A DNA stretch of 64,000 nt. Source: Paraspadella gotoi (Eukaryota > Animalia > Chaetognatha). This document shows, piece after piece, positions 53,136 through 64,000 of the stretch; the first letter of the stretch is position 1, and every line of letters starts with the position of its first letter. The stretch is taken from the NCBI GenBank assembly GCA_051294375.1, contig CM119263.1, positions 19,532,304-19,596,303 of the forward strand, read 5' to 3'. The notes under the pieces are model-generated. The model searched no databases. It had not been told where the DNA came from and saw nothing but the letters and a program-made list of their open reading frames with translations. Position numbers and translations under genes: made by a program.

Positions 53136-53542
53136 CGAAACAAAACTCAAATTCTTTTCCTTTTCGAAACCTTTCTTTACCCTACTCCCTCTTCCCTGTC
53201 ACCATTGGTTCCGTCTCAATCCTCACCTTCACTTACCTCCCACTTTCCGACGCCCATATTACGTCTCGTTTGTCACGTCGGCGTTTGACCGCCGACTCGG
53301 CCTTCGCCCCCCCTCCCCCCCAACGGGGCAGGCGGCCGTGGAAGAGGAAGGCGTCGAGGTCCAGGTCACCGAAGCCGCGACTCCTTTTCTTCAAAGTCTC
53401 ATTTTTTTTTAAATAATCTTTTTCTCTCTTTAAGTAATAAGTTATATAGTGTTATATTTCTATTTCTATTCTGTCTGTCTTTTCTCTCTGTCTGTTCTCT
53501 CTGGTCTGTTCTCTCTCTCTCTCCTCTCTCATCTCTCTCTCT

Positions 53543-53580
<38 letters not shown>

Positions 53581-54272
53581 CTCCCCAAAATATACATAAA
53601 ATAAGCATTTTTCAACTAAATAGTAAATTAAATTGTCTTTAATGCCGAAAAACGAGAGTTACTGACACGAATCGACTTGTTCTTTGAATGAAAAATACCT
53701 TATTAGCCGTATCTCAGAACTCGAATAAATTAAATTCCCGGCTTTTACCTGGTTCTCACTCGATTCTACTTCCTCCCCTCTCCCACGTTCTCTCTTATTT
53801 AGAACAGAACGAATTTTAATTGGTGCAATTCGACCAAACAACTCGAACTCAACCAATCAAAACAATCCTCGTAATTCAGTCGAGTTTTGTGGAATCACTA
53901 TTTTTTTTTTCTTTAGATGATCCATTTTAATTTTTACAAAACGACTAAAAATATTAAAATCAATCGATAGATAAGTTAGACAAGTTGTAAATAATATGAT
54001 AAACACGGACTAAAAATAAATAATTCGCGCCATTCGAATCGCTTACTTTCTATTTAAATACCGGCGGTGGGATTTTTTCAAGTTAATAAAAAAGGTGATG
54101 GCTTTGAGCAGCTGTTTTAAATCTATCCACTTTTCAGTCAAAACAATTTCGTGATCAAAAAGGTTAACTGTATCACGGGATTTATCTTCGTTTTCCACTC
54201 ATCTCTTATGATTATAACCGTTATGCGCTTTTATTTGGCTTCTTTGTTTCAAGAATATAGGCTAAAATGGAG

Positions 54273-54312
<40 letters not shown>

Positions 54313-54606
54313 ATTCATTTTATCTGGTGTTTATTTCTTTCCATTTATCAAACTCAACCAAAAAGTCGGAAAAGATGAATCAAAATTTCGAAAAATCCGC
54401 AATAACTTTTTTTCACTTTTTTTTCTACTTTTCTTTTTCTTGAAACGTCTTCTTCGTCTTTGTACGTAGTGGCTCTTAATCCTGCTCCTCCTTCTCTTTC
54501 TTCACTCTTTCTATCTTTCACACGTTCAATATTTCCTTCATTAATTCATTAATTCATTTATTCATCCATTCATTAATTCATTCATTCAATATTTTCTTTT
54601 TTTCCT

Positions 54607-54674
<68 letters not shown>

Positions 54675-54710
54675 TTTTCTTTTTTCTTTCTTTCTTTCTT
54701 TCTTTCTTTC
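54607..54710. repeat. (TTTC)n microsatellite
   Basis: Directly visible. Confidence 0.95.
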
Positions 54711-55154
54711 CCTCTCGTTTTCACGCTTTCATAATTATTCATCAATTCACATTTCCGACTCTGTCGCCCATTCCAACATCTGTTCTCTTTTCCGGTTTGT
54801 CTCCCACGAAATTAATCGGAGAATGTTTTCAGCCAAGAATCAGAGCGATTGTTCTCCACTGTACTCTGACTGTGTACTGTGTAGTGTGTAGTGTGACTGT
54901 GTAGTGAATAGTGTGTAGTTTGAAGCTACTAGGTTTTTTATCTTCTAAGACGTCAGCACTTTAAGGACTATGCTAATACTACTATGCCATGGACATTACC
55001 GATACATTGTAATAATACAAGTAATAATTATATGCAGTGCCTGAAATCATTATTGTTAAAAGTTTAGTTGTTAAAAACTTTATAGCTTCACAACTTTTTC
55101 TTCGATTTGCAACTAACTGACTGATTGTCGACATTGAGCTATAAAAAGATTTTA

Positions 55155-55761
55155 CAGTCCTGTGCAAAAAAAAGAGGCCATCCTAAAACATTACGCAAAT
55201 AAATCACGTTAGTTTCTTTCATTATGAAACTTATTAAATAGGTTAATAATTAATATTCATTGAAAAAGGAATTATTACTAGTATTAGTGCAATTTTTTTA
55301 TGAAAATTTGGACATCCGTTTGTAAGCAATGATTTTTCAAAAGTCACTAATCAAGTAGAGCGATAGAGCAGAAAAAGATTGGCGTATTTTTAACTTTTTG
55401 TGTTTAGGATATTATAGCTAATATAAGCTATTGAATGACTTGACCGATTTTTTTTTAACTTACACACATGGCTTCCTCTTTCAAAAATACACATTTTCCA
55501 TTCCTAATTTTTTTATAAGAATGAATATAACGCCCATATATTAATGTAAAAAAATAGGTCTCGGTTTTTTTGCAGATCTTTAAAAATGATTTTTTCCCCA
55601 TTTCGTTTTTAACGATTCGTCTCCCGGTCGCTATAGCTCCTAAATGGCTGGACCGATTTTTCGTTTAAAAATCTACATTTTCCATTCATCATTTTTTAAA
55701 AAATAATAGATGCATAAAACGTACGCAATTTAACTTTTAACACTTAAGAGTGGCACAGGAG
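55155..55761. mobile_element. Degenerate Tc1/mariner-type MITE
   Basis: TA|CAGTCCTGTGC … GCACAGGAG|TA short imperfect TIRs. Confidence 0.4.
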
Positions 55762-56870
55762 TACATTTATTTAATTTACCTATGAATCATGATAACATCT
55801 TTGCCCTGTAAATGTCTGTTCAGTAATGTAATTTAATATATTAATCATTTTCACGGTTTATTAAGAGCTTAAATAATGTTAATTTTTTTTAAATTTCAAA
55901 GACAGTTATCTCTAAACCAGCGCGAGTAGAATGAAACGATGTTAAAAAACTTTTTTCTTCTTGTCAATTCGTGATTGGTTTGTAAACTAAACGAGGGAAA
56001 AAAAGCTATAAAACTGCTTTAAAAATGTTTTTTGACAGCTGAATCAAAATAAAAGAAAATGTAATCGTCTGTTGAACGCGCATCTGTATTTTTTTTCGAC
56101 AATTCTTCTTTGCATCACGAAACTCTCTTATTCTGACATTTACTCTCGCCACAATTTTTACTTTTCTCGATAATATAAACATTTAAAGACACAAATTTAC
56201 CGTCGGTGATGACATGGATTCAATGATTTTTCAGTTTTACGTTCATTTTTTATTTCTCTCAGTATCTCTCTCTCTCTCCCACTCTCTCTCTCTCTCTCTC
56301 TCTCACTCTCTCTCTCACTCTCTATCTCTCTCTCTCTCTCTCATCCTTTATTTCTTTAAAGCTCATCTTTCTCAAATTCATCCCCCTTCTTCAGTCTGTA
56401 AGTCTTTCTTTTTAAGAAGTCGATTTAATTTAAATTGAAAACCAAAACAACAGCGAGATGCCCTTCTTAGTTTTTTTTTTCGGAAAAAAGCTTCTTAAAT
56501 TTTGTTTTATTATTAGATTACCAGACCAAATGTCGGAATTTCTTCGTTTTTTTTTTCTTCGAGACCGGGCGAGAAAAAGGACAACAAATATTAGTGTTTT
56601 GATCTCTGGTTTCTTTTTCGCTCTTTTGTTGTTTTGTTTTGTATTTTTTTATAGGATTCGCTGACGTCTGCTACTTTTTAAAGATCGACTCATATCCGAT
56701 TCCAGATTGATTAATTCGTCTCTCCAAAATGTGGTCATCGTCGTGGTCATTGTGTTCGACATAGTCATCGACGTCATCTTCGTCGTTTCCGTCGTCGTCG
56801 CCGAAATCGGAGAAAAAAGAAAAAAGAAAAAAGAAAAAAAAGAAAAAAGAAAAAAGCGGCCATCAAAAAA

Positions 56871-57082
56871 ATGGCGGCGGGTCATAACGGAATTCGTCAC
56901 TCTCGTATAATTTCGTTCTCCACCTTCGAAATCGTCATCATCATCGTAGTGGTCGCCATCTTTTGCTTCGTCGTCATCGTCGTTTCCTCCCTTTTCGTCT
57001 TCGTCGTCGTCATCGTCGACTCCGCTGATTTACGGGTTTTCCTTGCCCGCCCCGAGTCACCACCGAAAACCTTTGAAGGCCG
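56871..57082 (+). CDS. Possible first coding exon of a membrane or secreted protein (MAAGHNG… long hydrophobic segment …PESPPKTFEG)
   Basis: AAAATGG start context, upstream acceptor TTTTTATAG at ~56654, possible donor CG|GTAGAC; the hydrophobicity largely reflects GTC/ATC low complexity. Confidence 0.3.
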
Positions 57083-57799
57083 GTAGACAAAAAGGGGGGA
57101 ATTTTTAAAAGCGAAATAAAACACAAACTGTTCGAAAAAAGACTTTCTCTTCTGGATTTGAACGTCCTTTGTCTTATACTTTCAAATCGAGTTTTTTCTT
57201 CCCCCTTCTTGTTCTAGTCCCCTTTTTTCTCGTGTTTTTGCGCTATTTCTTCTCTCCTCGTTTCTCATGGGCGGTTTTTTGACCTTTTGACCTCGCGACC
57301 TTGTAGTATAGTACGACATTGACGACGATGACAAGAGACGCAGCTGTTGAAAAAAAAAACGATGACAAAGATGCCGATGAAAGCATTTCCAAGTTTTACA
57401 TTACCACGATATGGCTCTCGTAGGATGAAAGCGAAACACGGAATGCCGACAGCAACGACGACAATGATCTCTGAGACAATGATGACGAAAGAGACGACGA
57501 AGACGACAACGACAACGACAACGACGTCGACGTTGGTCTGAAGGCGGACTTTGTTTGTAACAACGGAAGTGGAAAGAATCGAAGAGTAGTTGGGAGGATA
57601 AGGGGTGAGGAGGGAGGGGAGGGTAAGGTTGAGAAGAGCGAGAGAGAGAGAGAGAGAGAGGGGCGTAGACAGAATATGCACCACTGTGACAGGAAAAGAA
57701 AAAAAAATGATAAAAAGAATCATAGAATCATTTCAGGACTGTATAATTAACTCACCAAAGGTCAGGACCGGAAAGGAACGAAATCGAGAAAGCGAATGG

Positions 57800-57823
57800 N
57801 NNNNNNNNNNNNNNNNNNNNNNN
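57800..57823. other. Assembly gap (N run) flanked by noisy sequence
   Basis: 24 N bases. Confidence 1.
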
Positions 57824-60706
57824 NGCTCATTATCCGCGATATGTCGCTGCTAACGTTCCCTGCCAAATTCTTTGCCTTTCCTACGGCGTATCCTTGCCTC
57901 TGCCCACTGCGCCTTTAAGCGTCTCTAAGATGCTGGCTTTCATTTTCCATCATTTCTCTCTCTCATCTGCTCTCTTCTCCTCTCATCTCTCGTCTCTCCT
58001 CCTCTCTCTCTCTTCTTCTCTCCCTGCTCTCTCATCTCATCTCTTCTGGATTACCCTTATCCTTCATTCTCCTCTTCTTTCCTCTTATTCCTAGTGTGTG
58101 TGTTTCTACCTTTTTGTTTTGTTCCTTCTATTCCAGTCACCTTCCTTGTCTTCACCGCCCCGCTAGAGTCACACAACACGCATGCCTCCAAATGACGCAC
58201 ACACGACGACGTAGAGACATGCAGACGATCGCACCACCAAACAGAACATATGTATAAAGAAAATAACAAATTATTCACCACCATCCGCACATATAACACT
58301 CCTACACGTTGGAATCAAGTTGACATTTCCTCGTATCCACCTAAAGCGTCTGAATACGCTTACAACTGTTCATTTTTATAAACGCTAGATAGGCAATAGA
58401 ATCTGGTACAATACTGGATAAACATGTTTATTCACAATGAAACTAAAAAGAACACGTTCTTCATCAATAGATTATCACTCGAATAAGGTTGCGGAATCAC
58501 CTTATATAACCACGGGGATGATACCTGAGCACCGTTGTAGCACGGATTTCGTAACTACAGGAACAAAGAGGCGAGACGTGACGCGCACTGAAATGATCTC
58601 TAGCGGCCTCTGTTAGTTTCGCCTTTTAGAATACTACTCTCTTGGTGCTGGTTATCATCGGCGCGTCTGTTATTCCCTCCTCACAGGGTTCAACCGAACC
58701 CATTCACGAGTGAGGTTAGTACGCTGGGACCATATTCCCGAGAAGCTGGCCCGCGATCTACCCCCTTTCTTGGCGAGACTTTAAAAGACTTGAGAAAGTT
58801 ATAACCACTGAGAATGTAAAAAAAGTGGGAGGAGGAGTAACGTTCCTATTCCAGTTGGGTTTCCCCTTTTTTTACTGGTCTTTTATGGTCACTTGGAGAG
58901 AAACAATGAAAAAACAGTTTAAAGAGGACTTATCAACAAAAAGAGACTGAAACCCTTGGTTAGGCCTTAGGGATAAATTCCTTTGAGATGAAAACTTATT
59001 CGCGTATAACAGGCGCAAACCGAGGATTTTCAGACTAAAAGGGCAAGAGTCCTCTTCTCCGCAGTTAACTCTTTCCAACCCAAACCCACATTTCTTTATT
59101 TCTCACTCGTCCAAACATTCACTTTGTAAAATTTATGTAAATTCACCTAAGCCGTCCACTGCGTCTCCTCTGCGCGTGGTCCCACCACACCCGCAGTGCG
59201 CATTAAGGCGCAGGTAACATTTCCAAATTAACTATTAATTAAAATTCTAAAATGAGGAATGAAACAATTATACTAATGAACATTATGTATAAAAAAATTA
59301 TAATAAAATTTTCAATTTACGCAGGTCAGCGCATATCTTATACTATACTAACACAAATAAAATGTTTAAAATTTCAAAAAGTTTTTTCTAAGAATTTTTG
59401 CGATTTGGATTTCGTCATAGTTGATAAAAAGAATAATACTCTTTTTGAGAAAAATCCTTACATATTAAGTGGGCTAAAAATTACGAAAAAGCTATATTTA
59501 AAGCTGAAAAAACTTTTTTATATATTAAATATGTTTTTTTATTAATTTTTATAACACCAATTGAATGAAAGAATATTTTAAAAAATGATTTATATTTCTT
59601 TTATACAACTTTTGAAGAATCTCAAATCTGCAATCCAAATAAGAAAAGTCCTTTTTGAAATTTTTGATTTTAAATAAAGGCATTATGTCAATTTCATATA
59701 TAATATAGCCTACGCGAAATTAAAAAACATGAAATTAATTATTTTTTTACAAATTAAATGTTCACATGATAGTAGTTTTTCATAATTGACATATTTAGAA
59801 TTTCGTATTAACTTTCACTACGAGCCTTAAGTGCTCCGACTGCCTCCCCCACTCCCATGCTCCCACCACAATCTTCACCTCCAGTTCCTGTCTCAACTCT
59901 CTCATGCCGCCTCTCCGTCGGGAAATCATCTCAGAACAGAAAGAAATTCGCATCACGCCCACATGATGCCAACCCCTCAGAGGACCACTTTCCTAGTGAT
60001 TGCTCACTATCCTCCAAAATGCCACTCCCTCAATAGAGGCCAGTCCCTTGTATATGCAACTCTCCTCCGCTCATGAGAGCACTTTGCTCCGTGATGTCGT
60101 TCCTCTCATTAGGCACCTACCCTTATACAGCCACTTCCTAGAGATGCTCGCTCCCTCATATACACATGCCCCACTCGTAGACCAGTTCCCCTTCATGAAT
60201 GTCGCTCCCTCATGATGCTCACAGACCTAACCTTCCCGGGTTCTCCTTCCCCGTCCTCGCCCGCTTTTTCAACCGTTTTTTGCCTTCCAAGCCGCACTGT
60301 TCGTCGAGGGGCGTTGCGGCAGAGAAGGTCACTAGTGACCCTGCGTGGTCGGGGAGTTCGGGTTCGAGGCGTCCGGATCAAAAGGTTAATAGATTTTCGA
60401 AGGAACGACATTCGACGAAAAGCAGAACAATCAAGGGCGTGGACGTGAAGATTCCACCCAACCAAAAGGTCGCTACCATCTTTAAGCTCCTCATCTAGTT
60501 CTCAGATAGACCTTCTTTTCGATAAGCACTAAGAGACCGATAAAGAAGAGAGAGCGGAACAGCGCAAACGAGCGGAGCGCAGTGGACAAAGAGACAAGCG
60601 AATTTAAATGCTCACACAAAGATCGCGAAAGTCCTAAATAAAGTGAGTAGAACAATAAGCGGGATTCAAATCCGTTGAGAACTCGAACAAAAAAAAAGAG
60701 AGAGAT

Positions 60707-60762
<56 letters not shown>

Positions 60763-61070
60763 ACAAAAAAAAGTACCAGAAGGAATGAGAAAGAAATAGA
60801 GAAAAAAAAAGAAAAAGCACGACGAAAAGAGAAGAGATATTTTACCAAGCACCGCATCCTGATCATTATCTCGCACGCACTAGTTTCGCGCATCGCCGAT
60901 CAACTGTGTGCTCACTGTATGCGCAGTTGTCCGCGCGATTGTTCGCTCTTTCCTTTTTCACTGCGACGAACATTTTGCCCTAAGTGAATTTTCCGAGATC
61001 TGAATCACCGGACAACAAATTTGTTAAATGGGACCGTGCAACATACACGGCGCACCTCTTCCAACATGTC

Positions 61071-61117
<47 letters not shown>

Positions 61118-61539
61118 CGGTCATCTCTCTCTCTCTCTCTGTTTGCCTTCACTTATTTTCCTCGTCGTATCGTTGTCCCTCCGTCTCCCTTTCTTATCTT
61201 GTTCTTTTTTTTCGTTCTGGCTCCACCCTTTAAGTTTTGCTTTTTATTTTTAATTTTTTTTATGTTATTTTGCTTCTTATGTCCGTTAGTTTTTTATTCG
61301 TGTTTGTTTTACCGTTTTTATCCGGTAATTTTTTCATTGTCCCTCTTTCTTATATTCTTTCTTACTAACTACGCTTCCTTTTTTCCTATTTTTTTTCTTT
61401 GCCTCTTTCCTTTCTCTTTTCTCTCTTTCTTTTATCACTAATTCTTTTCTTCCTTCCTTTCCTCCCTTCCTCGCGCTGCGATTATCCTCTTATTAAAAGT
61501 CTCAGATTTCCGCGCTTAATTTGGCGCCGATCGCCGCGC

Positions 61540-62290
61540 TTCCGTTTCCTCTCATTTCCACTCTCTGCTTTCCTTATTTCCACTTCCACTTTCTTATTTA
61601 TTCTGCTTATTATTTCTACTCTTCTCCTGCTTCCTTATTTCACTTCCGCTTTCTTATTTTACTCTGCTTTCTTATTTCCATTTCCGCTTTCTTATTTCAC
61701 TTCTGCTTTCTTATTCCTCTCTCTGCCTTTCCTTATTCTCCACTTCCGCTTTCTTATTTCTATTTCTGCTTTGTATTTCTCACTTCCGCTTTCTTTTTCC
61801 ACAATCCGCCTTCTTATTTCCAACTTCTGCTTTTTATTTCCACTTCCGCCTTTCTTATTTCCACTTTCGGCTTTCTTATTTCTGCTACTTCTCGCTTTCT
61901 TATTACCCACTTCCACTCTTATTTCCACTTCCACTTTCCCTTATTTCCCTTCTTGCTTTCTATTTCTGCCTTCCGTCTCTTCTATTTCCACTTCCACTTT
62001 TCTTATTTCCATATCCACTTCTTATCCACTTCCACTTTCTTATTTTCATTTCTGAGCTTTTCTTATTCCTTCCGCTTTCTCTATTTCCACTTCTCCTCTT
62101 TCTTATTTCCACTTCCGGTTTTATTATATATTCCACTTCCACGTTTCTATTCCCACATCCGTCCTTTATTATTCCACATTCCGCTTTCTATTTCCACTTC
62201 CGTTTTCTATTTCCATTCTGCCTTTATTATTTCCGCTTACTGCTTTCTCTATTTCCACTTTCCGTTTCTTATTTCAACTTCCGCTTTCGT
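61540..62290 (+). repeat. Degenerate ~20-bp minisatellite (TTCTTATTTCCACTTCCGCT)n
   Basis: Dozens of imperfect tandem units; explains the F/L/S-rich ORFs here. Confidence 0.9.
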
Positions 62291-63239
62291 TTTTTGTTCA
62301 TCTTCTCCCCTCTTGTTTTTTAATTTCGCCTTAATATTTATCTCTTCCTCGTCTCATTCTCTCATATTCGCGTCTTTAGACTATCCTATCCGGCTTTCTT
62401 AAGATCCACATATCACCCCTCCCCTCCCCACTTCCCTACCTCTCTTTCGCCCTTTTCTTCTAATCACCATCTTCAGTGGCTTTCTAACACTACACCTCTC
62501 ACTTCTTCGTGTCGCATCTGTCACCCGCGACTGGTCCGTAGTGGTAATACAGTATAATCAGGTTATCCTCGTCAATCCTCACACAGTCGCGCTTTTCCGC
62601 TATCAGAGACTCGGAATCGTTAGGAACAGGAGAGAGAGAAGAGAGAGAGAGAGGAGAGAGAGAGGAGAAGAGTCAGTAGTAGGTACCAGAGAAGATGAGA
62701 GAGATTCAAACCTGTGTTTTTCTAGTTTTTATAAGATCCCCTGGACGGAGCAGCTGTTTTCTAGCGAGTGCGAATTCTTAGAGTGGTGCAAGTCATCATT
62801 GATAACGATTCAGGAAGATAGATCATTGTACGATGGCGAGAGAGTTGAGATCAATAGTACGAGACTGAGTAAGCCACCGACGTAGATGTGTGAGACATAT
62901 TCACAACTTAATACCACCATAACAGAAGAGAAGCATATAGTCTAGAGTAGATGATAGATTAGATTATTACAATAGTAAAAATGTACTTTTTATCGGCATG
63001 GACTCTACGATAGGAGCTCAACACTGATACTATATATCTATATTCGTAACAGAGAAGACGCGTCTCTCTTGTCAGACCGAACAAACGCTCCGGTACACAG
63101 TCGCTTCTGTACTACTACTCCCCAAGGATCCGCAGCTGCAAGTGTCCACCTGATCAGAGGTCTCATACAAAACCTGCTTCTTCACTCTGCACATTGCACC
63201 ACGAGATGACGACAAAAAAGAAATATCGGAGCTTAAACC

Positions 63240-64000
63240 ACCAGAGAAGACACAAGGGGACGCACGACAAAAAGGAAGGAGAAGAAAAAACCTCATTTTG
63301 AAGTAACTTCTTTCTCCCGGTCAGCGATCGGACCTTCTCTCTCTCTCTCTCTCTTAGCCATCCAAAGGATCGTTCAAATCAGAAGAGAAACGTCTTTTTT
63401 CGAACAGTTTTGCTCTTTTCTTTACACTTTCTGTCTTTATTCAATACACATTTCTCCCCACATCTATACTCAACCTCGATCAGCGGCAGCCTCCGGGAGG
63501 CAGCCCGCGGTTGCTTTTGTGCTCACCGCGGCGCGCACTTCTATGCGTCCTTTCCGGACTCGGTTGAGCATCTCGGCGGCGGGACAGGAAGACCCGTAAA
63601 TTCAGCGGAGTCGGAGCGATGACCGACGACGACATGCATTCGACTCTACATTAAGGCCGTACGTTGCAAACCGATTGATCGCAGTCGTACCGAAAGCCGA
63701 AGCGAGATCGGCGGACCACTGGCACGAGTATGCATGATTCGACGGATTTTCCGAAGGTGGAGAACTAAATTAGGACTGACCACCAGAGACTCTGAACCGA
63801 TATCTCTCGTTTATTCTCGCTACCTCGCTTCCGCGCCGCCATTTTTTTGACTCGCTGCGTCCCACGCTCTTTTTGCTTTTTTTTTTTTTTTTTAATTTCT
63901 TTTTTCTTTTTCTTTTTCTCCGATTCGGCGCGAACGACAACCGACGATGACATCATGACCGTCGACTGACGTATGGATCGAGACCATACAATGACCACGG
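63240..64000 (-). repeat. Indel-rich inverted copy of ~56735-57250
   Basis: The reverse complement reproduces GTGGTCATTGT, CGCCGAATCGGAGAAAAAG, TCAAAAAAATGGCGGCG, TTCTCCACCTTCG, CGACTCCGCTGA.TTTACGGGT and AAACTGTTCGAAAAAAGAC in the same order. Confidence 0.85.

Noticed and set aside
59207-59826. TTAA-flanked transposon (TTAA|GGC…GCC|TTAA)
   Set aside because: Terminal match is only a few bases; not supportable from one copy
52114-62402. Many L/S/F-rich or E/R-rich ORFs, including the 218- and 293-aa ones
   Set aside because: Translations of CT/GA microsatellites and the 20-bp minisatellite

Overview
AT-rich, intron-rich animal genomic DNA (probably an arthropod or relative; this is an inference). 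All exon junctions were assembled by hand from splice signals and reading-frame continuity. Minus strand, tightly packed: eIF4A (8 coding exons, 414 aa), a SUMO paralog that ends before the di-glycine motif (85 aa), a canonical SUMO1-like gene (96 aa, GC-AG first intron) and a group II PAK kinase (PAK4/mbt-like, 11 coding exons, 657 aa). Plus strand: an 18-exon, ~2,200-aa Pro-rich/RGG/multi-zinc-finger/RS-domain protein with one apparent frameshift, an almost intronless choline transporter-like gene (SLC44/CTL) and a secreted group-7-allergen/TULIP-like protein. Introns and spacers contain non-autonomous elements: Tc1/mariner-type and TTAA-flanked MITEs, Helentron/DINE-like repeats, tRNA-derived SINEs, Penelope-type hammerhead ribozyme relics and a Ty3/gypsy 3' end with an LTR. 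The last ~16 kb is rich in microsatellites. After the second N gap the sequence is noisy and ends in an inverted, error-laden copy of 56.7-57.3 kb, probably an assembly artefact. The most notable candidate is the intact, intron-conserving SUMO duplicate without Gly-Gly, which should be non-conjugatable and lies next to the canonical SUMO gene.
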